Assembly (NCBI GenBank): GCA_023481295.1 | Contig: JAMCWF010000035.1 | Coordinates: 14,582-50,898 of the forward strand | From: Armatimonadota bacterium | GTDB lineage: Bacteria; Armatimonadota; Chthonomonadetes; Chthonomonadales; JAMCWF01 | DNA: 36,317 bases | Direction: 5' to 3' | Shown: piece by piece, positions 28,321-36,317 of the stretch | How positions within the stretch are numbered: the first letter of the stretch is position 1 | How the letters are laid out: every line of letters starts with the position of its first letter | Position numbers and translations under genes: made by a program | Notes under the pieces: generated by a model | Database searches by the model: none | The model's input: the letters and a program-made list of their open reading frames with translations, nothing else | Told to the model about the DNA's origin: nothing

Positions 28321-28427
28321 GCAAGTAGAGCGCATCCGGGTGAGACATCCCCGGCCGCTGGCTCCTGGGTTTAATGCATTCGCATTGTAAGCTCCTTACA
28401 CAGTGAATGCTCCTTAGGCCCTACTGC
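28321..28427 (-). ncRNA. Candidate structured cis-regulatory leader (unassigned family)
   Basis: A closing stem GCAGTAGGGC/GCTCTACTTGC encloses two hairpins and ends just upstream of the SD of 28066..28296. Confidence 0.35.
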
Positions 28428-28949
28428 CCTTAAGAGATTCTTATGTGGAGCGGTGTTTTGGGAGACTTTGAAGGTGTCGCATCGCGATGGAATGATGGTA
28501 CAATCCAATCCGCAATCCAGCAATGACGATCGCTAATCCCCTTTCCTTGATGCCATTGGAGAGTCGGCTGCTTCTCCGTGTAAGTTTTGCCATGAATCCA
28601 CGCCATCTTCACATATGATTTGACAGTTGAAAGACTCGTTTTGAGACGGAAAAGGCGCTGCCCGTTACATTGCCGGTTTTATCCTTGAACCGATTATTCG
28701 CCCTGATGAAACGGGGCGGCGCTGCCAGAATATGCTTCGTGAGCGTACGATCAGTGCGGATGTACCAAAAGGGGTCGCCTCCTGGTCGTATCGGCTCCCG
28801 GTCCGCCGTGCAATGAGAGCCCATCCTTGTTGCGCGGCGGGTCGTTTTTGTTCCTCATATTGCAGCGAATCTTCCCGCTTGCAGGATTTTCAATTTGAGC
28901 CGGCCAATTACATCCCGAATCTAGGCCAAATCTCCAAGCACACTACTGT

Positions 28950-30128
28950 ATGAAAACACAATTCACCGCTCAGTGCCGGAAGTTCATTCGATCATTGCCG
29001 CTTTTGTGTGAGACTTTGCTACTGCCGGTCTTCCTTACGGTGGCCGTCGCGCCGGCCCGGGCTGCAGTTGCAAAGCATGCCGTTAGCCGCCCGAGCGATG
29101 TGCTGGTGGTCGCCAACATAAACAGTCGTATCTCGATGGAAATTGCAAACGATTACATGCATGCCCACCGCATTGATCCAAAGTACCGCTGCCTTGTGTT
29201 GGCTCCCGATACGGAGCAGATTTCTTACGCCGAGTATCAGGATGCCATTGAAAAGCCGATCCAACGATTTTTACAAGAGAGACATCTCAGCCGCCAAATT
29301 GATTACATCGTGCTGACCAAGGGGGTGCCATTAATCGTACATCAGGGGAGCCGAGATACCTGGTCAGTTGACAGTCTGCTTACGGTGATGGATATCCAGG
29401 GTCTGACGGGCAAGCAGGATAACCCCTATTTCGGGGCTGACCGGCCCTTCAGTCACCGGCGCTATTCGATCTACCTGGTGACCCGTCTGGATGGATACAC
29501 GCTGGCCGATGTGAACGCATTGATCCGGCATGCGGTTGAACCGCATTCTGAGAGCGGGTTGTTCGTGCTCGATGTGGATCCCGGAAGAAACTGGGGCGGC
29601 TACAAAGATATCAACGATGAGATGATATCAGCCGCTCATCACCTGAAAGGAATGGGTTTGCCGGTCATGCTGGATAAAACCGGCCATTTCCTGGGTGGGA
29701 TAAAAAATATTATCGGGTACTACTCGTGGGGCAGCAACGACTATCATTTCAGCGAGAAGGCCTTCTTAAGTCTGCGATTTATGCCCGGCGCCATCGCGGA
29801 GACCGCCGTTTCGACCAGCGCCAGGACCTTTCAAAAAACCTCGGGCGGCCAGTCACTGATCGCCGACCTCATCCACGACGGTGTTACCGGTGTCAAGGGT
29901 TATGTATCGGAGCCGTATGTGGATGCCCTATGCCACGCCGATCTCTTGTTTGAGCGCTACGCGGAGGGATTTAACCTGGCCGAGAGCTTTTATATCGCCT
30001 CACCCTATCTCCATTGGAAGGATGTGGTGGTCGGCGATCCGTTATGCCGCGTTTATCCATTCCATAACAAAACGCCGGGAAAGGGAGGGCGCAAAGATCG
30101 AAAGGAGCAAAAAAAGAGCGCAAATTAA
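28950..30128 (+). CDS. TIGR03790-family secreted protein
   Basis: Signal peptide; DYIVLTKGVP; SVDSLL; LVTRLDG; GAIAET.VSTSARTF; GVTGVKGYVSEP; GDPL. Confidence 0.85.
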   Translation: MKTQFTAQCRKFIRSLPLLCETLLLPVFLTVAVAPARAAVAKHAVSRPSDVLVVANINSRISMEIANDYMHAHRIDPKYRCLVLAPDTEQISYAEYQDAIEKPIQRFLQERHLSRQIDYIVLTKGVPLIVHQGSRDTWSVDSLLTVMDIQGLTGKQDNPYFGADRPFSHRRYSIYLVTRLDGYTLADVNALIRHAVEPHSESGLFVLDVDPGRNWGGYKDINDEMISAAHHLKGMGLPVMLDKTGHFLGGIKNIIGYYSWGSNDYHFSEKAFLSLRFMPGAIAETAVSTSARTFQKTSGGQSLIADLIHDGVTGVKGYVSEPYVDALCHADLLFERYAEGFNLAESFYIASPYLHWKDVVVGDPLCRVYPFHNKTPGKGGRKDRKEQKKSAN

Positions 30129-30148
30129 ATAGGCGACTGGCTGAACAT

Positions 30149-33139
30149 TTAATCGAGTGATTTCGGCGGCGGCGCATAACCGCGGCGGATCGTGTTTTCG
30201 GTAACGACACGCATCACCATAAAATGTTTCAAGTAATCTGGGCCTCCCGCCTTGCTGCCAGTGCCAGAGAATTTGTACCCGCCGAACGGTTGCCGGCCAA
30301 CCAGGGCGCCGGTGATTTTTCGATTGATGTAAAGGTTTCCAACTTTAAAATTTCGCCGCACAAAATCTATATGAGAAGGGCTTCGGGAATAGATGCCCCC
30401 AGTCAAGGCGTAAGCGCTTTGATTGGCGATCCGAACCGCAGTCTCGAGATCTTTCGCCGGTATCACACACAAAACCGGCCCGAATATTTCTTCCTGAGCG
30501 ATGGACGAGCTCGGGTCAACATCGCGGAAGATGACCGGGCCGACATAGTATCCCTCGTCCATATTTGTAGCAGGAACCTCGATCGCGATCGCAGCCTCTT
30601 TCTTTCCTCGATCTATCGCTTCGAGGATGCGATCCCTTGCCACTTCATCAATCACCGGCCCAGTCCGGTAGTAAGGGTCATCGGCGGGGCCTATTGGGAG
30701 GGTTTTCGTTGCTTCTGCTAATCGCTTCAAGAATGGTTCGTAGACCGATCCCACGCATATCACTCGGGAGCATGCTGAGCATTTTTGGCCTTGATAGCCA
30801 AATGCCGAGTCAACCACCCCACTGACCACCTCATCCAGGTCGGCGTCGGAATCGATGATGGTTGCGTTTTTCCCACCCATTTCGGCGATCACGTGCTTTA
30901 GCACATTCTGCCCTTCGTGAACGAGAGATGCCCGTTGATAGATTCTTTCCCCGGTCTTACGCGAGCCGGTGAAGGCTACCATAGCGATATTTGGATGATC
31001 CACCAGGTAATCGCCGATCACCGCGTTCCGCCCGGCGACAAAGTTTAAAACGCCGGCGGGCAAGCCTGCCGCACCCATAATTTGGGCAAATAGGGCCCCG
31101 ATCACCGGCGTTTGCGGGGCGGGCTTCAGCACCACCGTATTTCCGGTAACCAGCGCGGCCGATGTCATGCTGGTGAGGATGGCCAGCGGGAAATTCCAGG
31201 GCGGAATTACCGAAACGACTCCACGAGGCTCGTAGACTATTCGGTTGTCTTCGCCGGGCAAGCTCTCGACTGTCTCAGACGTCTCCATATTCAGCATTTG
31301 TTGCGAATAGTACTCCAAATAGTCAATACTTTCGGTGACATCGGCGTCGGCCTCGCGCCACTGTTTTCCCGCCTCGAACACCTCCCAGGCGGACAATTCA
31401 TCGCGGCGCGTTCGGATCAGTTCGGCGGCACGATGCAAAATTTCCGTTCTTTTAATTGCTTCGGTTTCACGCCAGGATTTGAGGGCAACGGTTGCCGACT
31501 GAATTGCCTGCTCGATATGGGAGGTACCAGCGGCGGCCACCCGCCCAACCACCGCCTTATTGTGGGAAGGATCGAGCGAGACCAGCCAGTCATCGGTATA
31601 AACGGGCTGATCGGCGATATAGAGTGGGTAATCTTGACCCAGTAGGCCACGGACTCGTTCAATTGCGTTTAAGAAAGCATTTCTTAGGTCAGGCTGAGAA
31701 AAATCGCGATCCGGCTCATTCGAAAAGTGTGCGGATTGGTTCTCAGGTTCAATTGACATGGTTTCGGATGACGGTCGCTCCGGTGGCGCCAGCACCTCTT
31801 CGGCGGAGCGGTCTTCAACCCAGCGAAGCCGCACCATCGAGGAGTTACTTGCATTTTCAAGCAATCGGCGGACCAGGTAGGCCATACCGGGGATGAGTTC
31901 GCCATAAGGAGTGTAGACACGCAGCCTCCATCCCATATCGGCTATGGCCCGTTTAACCGGATCGGCCATTCCGTAGAGCATTTGAAATTCGACTGCGTTC
32001 TCGGGCAACCCAAGCCGCTGCTGTATCGCCATCGCCAGTGCGATGCTGCGAATATTGTGAGTGGCTACTGCGGTTCGCACGTTCGGGTAGGCATCCAGCA
32101 ACATAAGCAAACAGGTTTCATAGGATCGGTCGGTTTCCCACTTTTCAGTAAAGACAGGTATCGGCCAGTGCCGCTGACGGGCGATAGTGGTCTCATAATC
32201 CCAATAAGCGCCGCGCACCAAACGAACCGTGATGGGAGCGCTGCGGTTCTTTGCCCACTGGATCAAGTCATTTAAATCACTGACCGTCTCTTTTAGATAG
32301 GCCTGAATGGCAATGCCGCAATCTTTCCATTTTTGGAACTCGGCCTCCGCCAAGATGTCACGAAAGATACGAAGAGTCATACTTTTGAGCTCGAATTGCT
32401 CCATATCAATGTTCACCGCCGCCTGGCGATCCACCGCTTGATGCAGAATTGGGCGCAAACGCCGGCGAACTGCTTCGCTGCTTTCCGACGGCGCAATGGG
32501 ATCAATCAATGGATGTAAAGAGGACAGCTTAACCGAGATATTGGTGCGAGGGAGTGGGTCACCGTCGACCTCATCCAGTAGCGGATTCGGTTTCCAGTGG
32601 TCGGTTTCATTTACCAGATTGTGGAGCAGATTGAGATATTGCTGCTCGTAAGCGGTGGCTTCTTCATCGCTGACGGTGGCCTCCCCCAAGATATCAACCG
32701 TAGCGGCGTACCGATTTTTCCTCAATTCACGTGTGGAGGATATGACCTCCGATATGGATTCACCGGCGATAAATCGGCGCGCCAGATGCACGATATTAGC
32801 CCTGACTATCGTAGCGGCAGCCTTTGACGCCAGCGGGTTGCTAGAAGCGACGCCCAATCCGACCCGGCCGACATCAGGAATGGGAAGTTTCGGTTGCAGG
32901 AGGTATTCTCGGATATGGGTTGCTATTTCTTCGGGCGAGCGAAGGGCTGGAACCACATCAATAAAGCGAAGAAGCTGAGTTTTGAGCTGCTCATCTCGGG
33001 TAACCCAATCCATAACCATCTGGTTGAAACGATTGACGCGCCCCGATGTAGAAGCGATTTTCGAGGATATTTCAAGAATGCGGCGACCAAAACGTTGGGT
33101 ACCACGCTCAATGCCTTCATCCGTCAGCGCAAATGTCAT
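30149..33139 (-). CDS. putA: Bifunctional proline dehydrogenase / P5C dehydrogenase (short PutA, no DNA-binding domain)
   Basis: LRFIDV.P.L; DILGE; SVKLS; IDME; IQAYL; RLVRGAYWD.E; ATHN; EFQMLYGMA; YLVRRLLEN; PWNFP; FTGS; EMGGKN; GQKCSA; EEIFGP. AGAGG SD then ATG at 33139. Confidence 0.96.
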   Translation of the reverse strand: MTFALTDEGIERGTQRFGRRILEISSKIASTSGRVNRFNQMVMDWVTRDEQLKTQLLRFIDVVPALRSPEEIATHIREYLLQPKLPIPDVGRVGLGVASSNPLASKAAATIVRANIVHLARRFIAGESISEVISSTRELRKNRYAATVDILGEATVSDEEATAYEQQYLNLLHNLVNETDHWKPNPLLDEVDGDPLPRTNISVKLSSLHPLIDPIAPSESSEAVRRRLRPILHQAVDRQAAVNIDMEQFELKSMTLRIFRDILAEAEFQKWKDCGIAIQAYLKETVSDLNDLIQWAKNRSAPITVRLVRGAYWDYETTIARQRHWPIPVFTEKWETDRSYETCLLMLLDAYPNVRTAVATHNIRSIALAMAIQQRLGLPENAVEFQMLYGMADPVKRAIADMGWRLRVYTPYGELIPGMAYLVRRLLENASNSSMVRLRWVEDRSAEEVLAPPERPSSETMSIEPENQSAHFSNEPDRDFSQPDLRNAFLNAIERVRGLLGQDYPLYIADQPVYTDDWLVSLDPSHNKAVVGRVAAAGTSHIEQAIQSATVALKSWRETEAIKRTEILHRAAELIRTRRDELSAWEVFEAGKQWREADADVTESIDYLEYYSQQMLNMETSETVESLPGEDNRIVYEPRGVVSVIPPWNFPLAILTSMTSAALVTGNTVVLKPAPQTPVIGALFAQIMGAAGLPAGVLNFVAGRNAVIGDYLVDHPNIAMVAFTGSRKTGERIYQRASLVHEGQNVLKHVIAEMGGKNATIIDSDADLDEVVSGVVDSAFGYQGQKCSACSRVICVGSVYEPFLKRLAEATKTLPIGPADDPYYRTGPVIDEVARDRILEAIDRGKKEAAIAIEVPATNMDEGYYVGPVIFRDVDPSSSIAQEEIFGPVLCVIPAKDLETAVRIANQSAYALTGGIYSRSPSHIDFVRRNFKVGNLYINRKITGALVGRQPFGGYKFSGTGSKAGGPDYLKHFMVMRVVTENTIRRGYAPPPKSLD

Positions 33140-33259
33140 CAAAGGACCTCTCAACGATCGGTTTATTTTACGACTATATAATGATACGGATTACCAATTC
33201 ATTGGTTTCCAGACACCGGTGCTCCGAAACGAGGCTGGTTAATGGTGGCATATCATTCT

Positions 33260-34231
33260 TCATGTGAAAGCTCGGTTGATAAGAAATTTGTAAAGAAATT
33301 TTATCGCTTTTTTGTCGGAGTAGCGAATCTCTTGGCCCGGATAGACATCCAGATCGAGGTTGGCGGCCGAATCTAGGCTTGCGTATATGGTGCCTACCGA
33401 CTTAAATGAGGATAGTACCTCGTCCAGCGGTAGCTCGAATGAGGACTGCGGCGTTTCAATCAAGAGGGGACGGGGCGCGATAAGGCCGGCGATGTCGGCC
33501 GGGTCGGCGTAAAGGAAGAGACCGGGTACAGTATCGCATACACAACGTTTTTCAGAGTTCAGGTGACCGGCGGGTGAGGTGAGCGCGCCGTTTGCGATGG
33601 TAACCATTATTCGGGTGTCGAAGCCAGCCAAAAAGAGTGCGATATCCCCGCCGAGCTCCCACCCGATCACGCCGATCTGATCGGAAACGACATCGGAGCG
33701 GCTTAAGAGGTAGTCAACCGCACATTGTGCATCGAAAAGCCGCAATCCAGTTAAATTCATGCCCAACTGGCCCAGCAACTGGAACTCTTGAGAACAGGTT
33801 ACGGTGCCAGATTGGCCGGATAGCGAGCGTTTATCGAATCCACGCTGCATCGGAGCGATAACCAGATAGCCGTAGCTTGCAAATGTGGCGGCAACATTTA
33901 ATGAAGCCTTGTGTCCGTGTAAAAACAGCAGGGCGGGGTAGGGGGGATAGCCACTTTTAGGGCGATAAAGGTTGACCGGCATTCTGACCATGGCTTCGGT
34001 GGATATCAGTATCCGCTCGAAAAAAACGGCGGCCCACTCCTCCTGATGCACCGTTTGAGGTGCGAGCGGTACCACCTCTACCTGCTCCATGGTGAGCAAC
34101 TTTTTCAAGACGAAGGTCAGCTCATCCCGCCAGTTTGCCCACTGACTGCGCCCCCATGCCTTGTAGGAGTGGCTGGGCTGAAGTTGAGAGAGGGCGGACT
34201 CGTAGTATTGGCGTGAAGTTTGTTCGAGCAT
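33260..34231 (-). CDS. Alpha/beta-hydrolase-fold protein (dienelactone hydrolase/acetyl xylan esterase-like), catalytic Ser absent
   Basis: PALLFLHGH; GYLVIAP..RGF; AVDYLLSRSDV; IGVIGWELGG; DIAGLIAPRPLLI. Confidence 0.78.
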   Translation of the reverse strand: MLEQTSRQYYESALSQLQPSHSYKAWGRSQWANWRDELTFVLKKLLTMEQVEVVPLAPQTVHQEEWAAVFFERILISTEAMVRMPVNLYRPKSGYPPYPALLFLHGHKASLNVAATFASYGYLVIAPMQRGFDKRSLSGQSGTVTCSQEFQLLGQLGMNLTGLRLFDAQCAVDYLLSRSDVVSDQIGVIGWELGGDIALFLAGFDTRIMVTIANGALTSPAGHLNSEKRCVCDTVPGLFLYADPADIAGLIAPRPLLIETPQSSFELPLDEVLSSFKSVGTIYASLDSAANLDLDVYPGQEIRYSDKKAIKFLYKFLINRAFT

Positions 34232-34278
34232 GAAAAGATATTACCACCAGAGCGGTGCCTCGTGGTATCTACTTCAAT

Positions 34279-34393
34279 TATTAACCCGGCAGATAAATAT
34301 CCCGAATTTGTCATTCCCGCGAAAGCGGGAATCCAGACGGCTCTGGATGCCGGATCAAGTCTGGCATGACGGTATTTAATCGCCGGATTAATA
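34279..34393. mobile_element. 115-bp MITE/REP-like element with terminal inverted repeats
   Basis: TATTAACCCGGC and GCCGGATTAATA termini (11/12 inverted). Internal GTCATTCCCGCGAAAGCGGGAATCCAG and CTGGATGCCGGATCAAGTCTGGCATGAC REP doublet. Confidence 0.7.
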
Positions 34394-35407
34394 TTATGGA
34401 CCGTAGAGGTTAGAGATCACCGCATCGAGCTGAGATGACGAGATCACAAAGCCGGTGGTGCTGGGTGAAACGGTCATAATGGCCAGTACTTCGGCCGGAG
34501 ATAGGCCGCTTCCCGATAGAGTGCTCATTTTCCCAAGCTCACGCCGGATTGCAACCGAGCCGCCCATGATGCCGGATTGATGGACTCCCATAATCCCAGC
34601 CATCATCATCGCACTTTTCAATGCGGCCGGAGTAATGATGGTGTGATTGAGCTGGGCTTTTGCCAACCGATTGACGGTTGTATCGGAAACCGATACCGTC
34701 CAACCATGATTGACATGCCCATACGCGATGATACACTGCATACTCACCACCAGGTCTGATAGTGGCTGCTGTGGTTGAGCCATGTCTCCAACCGCGTCGT
34801 TGGCGGTGTCGGTAATCAATTGAGCGGCGTGCGTATCGAGGTGGTGTGAGTTATGAATATCATCGTTTTCTTCCGATTCACTCTCCGTTTCACTGCTGGC
34901 AGTGTTCAACAGGCGGCTCTCCAAATTCGGCGAGGTGATCGAACTCGATATACCCGAGGCCTGTTCCAGTTGTACCGCACGGGCCACTACTGAGGACCGT
35001 GCATCAACGGTTCCGGTATTGAGCGGCTGGCCGCCAACCAGAGTGGGGTTCACCGGCATCGGGGCCAGCATTCGATAGCCGTTCGTGCCGATGGTTTGGA
35101 CGATGACGATTAAGCTGGGGTCAAAGGATATTGGCGGCGTCTGAAACCGGCCCTGGCCGTTCGTGACCACCGGTGTCGGGAGCAGGTTGGTGCTGGAATT
35201 GGCCAGCGTAACTTGGACGGTGGCGTTTGCAGCCGGCTGATTGCCGGGCAACACCGCTTGGCCGGTTATCGGAACCGCACGGCCGATCGGGATACTTCCA
35301 CCGGTGATGCTCAACGGAGCATCGGCACCGCACCCGGTGAGGGCGAAAAATAACAGAAGGGATCGGCACAATTTGGGGATGCGTGATCTGCGTATCAAGG
35401 TATCCAT
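34394..35407 (-). CDS. Hypothetical lipoprotein (N-terminal carboxypeptidase-regulatory-like beta domain)
   Basis: Lipobox LTGC; ITGQAV.PG.QPAANATV; TNGQGRF. The ATG at 35407 is coupled to the upstream TGA. Confidence 0.7.
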   Translation of the reverse strand: MDTLIRRSRIPKLCRSLLLFFALTGCGADAPLSITGGSIPIGRAVPITGQAVLPGNQPAANATVQVTLANSSTNLLPTPVVTNGQGRFQTPPISFDPSLIVIVQTIGTNGYRMLAPMPVNPTLVGGQPLNTGTVDARSSVVARAVQLEQASGISSSITSPNLESRLLNTASSETESESEENDDIHNSHHLDTHAAQLITDTANDAVGDMAQPQQPLSDLVVSMQCIIAYGHVNHGWTVSVSDTTVNRLAKAQLNHTIITPAALKSAMMMAGIMGVHQSGIMGGSVAIRRELGKMSTLSGSGLSPAEVLAIMTVSPSTTGFVISSSQLDAVISNLYGP

Positions 35408-36317
35408 CAGTCCTTTGAATGCGAAATAATAGAGAGCAGGGGAGACCAATTGCTCTTGAGTGCGATCGCTTCCGCCTCGTCAGCCTGATTGGAATCCAAA
35501 AGGGCGGTTATTAACCGGCGATAGTAGCTATATTTTGTCTCTTCTTCCAATGAAGCATCCATCAATCCGGCCTGTCTTAGCTTTGATCGCAAATTCTCCA
35601 TAATATTTACCGCTTGCCTAAAGTGTTCCAATGCCCGTTCCAGGTCCCAATCACCAATCGCGTTACCGATTGCGGTGTGGGCCATCGCTTCCAGCTCCGG
35701 CATTTCGAGCTCTTGGGCAAGCCGAAGCGACCGTTCAGCCAGTCGGTGCGCGTCCTCCGGTCGACCGTTTGCTCTAGGAATATCCGACAGAACGCATAGT
35801 GCCTCCGCTTCAAGGTGGCGGGCGCCGATATTTTCGGCGCTGGTGAGGCCCGCTTCCCCCTCGGCAATCGCTTCCGAATGGCGTTTTGACTTTACGAGCA
35901 AGGTTGTTCTGGCGATCTGGACGGCCGCCAGCAGCGGTACCGCCTTTAACTCCGAGGCCAGCGTGCGCGCTTTATCAAGGTAGTAGAGGCACTCTCCCGC
36001 GTCCTCCTGCGCGCCTTGCAGCCGCCCCAATTGCCAGTAAGCGATCAACTGGCCTATTTTGTTATTGGTTTGCAAGGCTGATTTCAAAGCCTCGACTCCT
36101 TCCTGTTTCGCCTTATCAACCCCTTCGGTGAGCGATAGGACAGGGAGGAGCCAGGCGCGCATCGAGCTGTCTCGTGCTCGATCCCCCGCGAAATGGCAGA
36201 TATCAATGGCGCGTCGGGAATGATAAACGCTTTTATCCCAACTGCCAAGGTGGTATTCCGCTGTGGCCTGATTTGCTTCCGCCTCGATAAGCTGATCATT
36301 GAGACCAATCTGGTACG
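35407..36317 (-). CDS. TPR-repeat protein, 5' end outside the window
   Basis: The frame stays open from the window edge (YQIGLNDQL...DSSMRAW). Repeated A..LG......G...A......A..LA TPR/MalT-like helices. Confidence 0.85.
   Translation of the reverse strand, partial: YQIGLNDQLIEAEANQATAEYHLGSWDKSVYHSRRAIDICHFAGDRARDSSMRAWLLPVLSLTEGVDKAKQEGVEALKSALQTNNKIGQLIAYWQLGRLQGAQEDAGECLYYLDKARTLASELKAVPLLAAVQIARTTLLVKSKRHSEAIAEGEAGLTSAENIGARHLEAEALCVLSDIPRANGRPEDAHRLAERSLRLAQELEMPELEAMAHTAIGNAIGDWDLERALEHFRQAVNIMENLRSKLRQAGLMDASLEEETKYSYYRRLITALLDSNQADEAEAIALKSNWSPLLSIISHSKD

Noticed and set aside
28321-28427. Assignment as a glycine, c-di-GMP or yybP riboswitch, or 6S RNA
   Set aside because: Only fragments of each consensus are present, so it is kept as an unassigned candidate.
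28430-28953. Short ORFs 28430..28612, 28609..28824 and 28732..28953
   Set aside because: No motifs, weak initiation signals and mutually overlapping. Probably intergenic or decayed sequence.
30224-33242. Numerous + strand ORFs within putA (similar shadows occur in GH36, acuC and GH130)
   Set aside because: Antisense shadow frames expected in GC-rich coding DNA.

Overview
Bacterial chromosomal window of moderately high GC. The gene set is compatible with Armatimonadota or a related lineage, but that is inference only. The left part carries a secreted S53 peptidase and three carbohydrate-active enzymes (DUF2961/GH172-like, a Tat-exported TIM-barrel hydrolase, GH36). The right part is largely housekeeping: DAP aminotransferase, hflX, TPR-polysaccharide deacetylase, dnaG-rpoD, HDAC/AcuC, GH130, MDR oxidoreductase, TIGR03790, putA and a truncated TPR gene. 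The standout is an AT-richer block at about 7160-11240 that reads as a self-regulated graspetide (ATP-grasp RiPP) locus of atypical design. In order it contains: a stand-alone LuxR/NarL HTH gene; a perfect 20-bp 7-2-7 palindrome abutting a sigma70-like promoter; a 70-aa precursor-like ORF (PFVMLWA leader motif, SGG site, Lys-free core with 7 D/E and 7 S/T in reversed polarity); two tandem hairpins; a membrane-anchored HEAT-repeat protein; an MvdC/MvdD-type ATP-grasp ligase with an unusual insertion; and a DUF2079 GT-C-like membrane protein. Secondary items are a structured leader before an orphan small protein, a secreted protein split by a Met/Gly/Pro tract, a probable pseudo-hydrolase, and REP/MITE-like palindromes.
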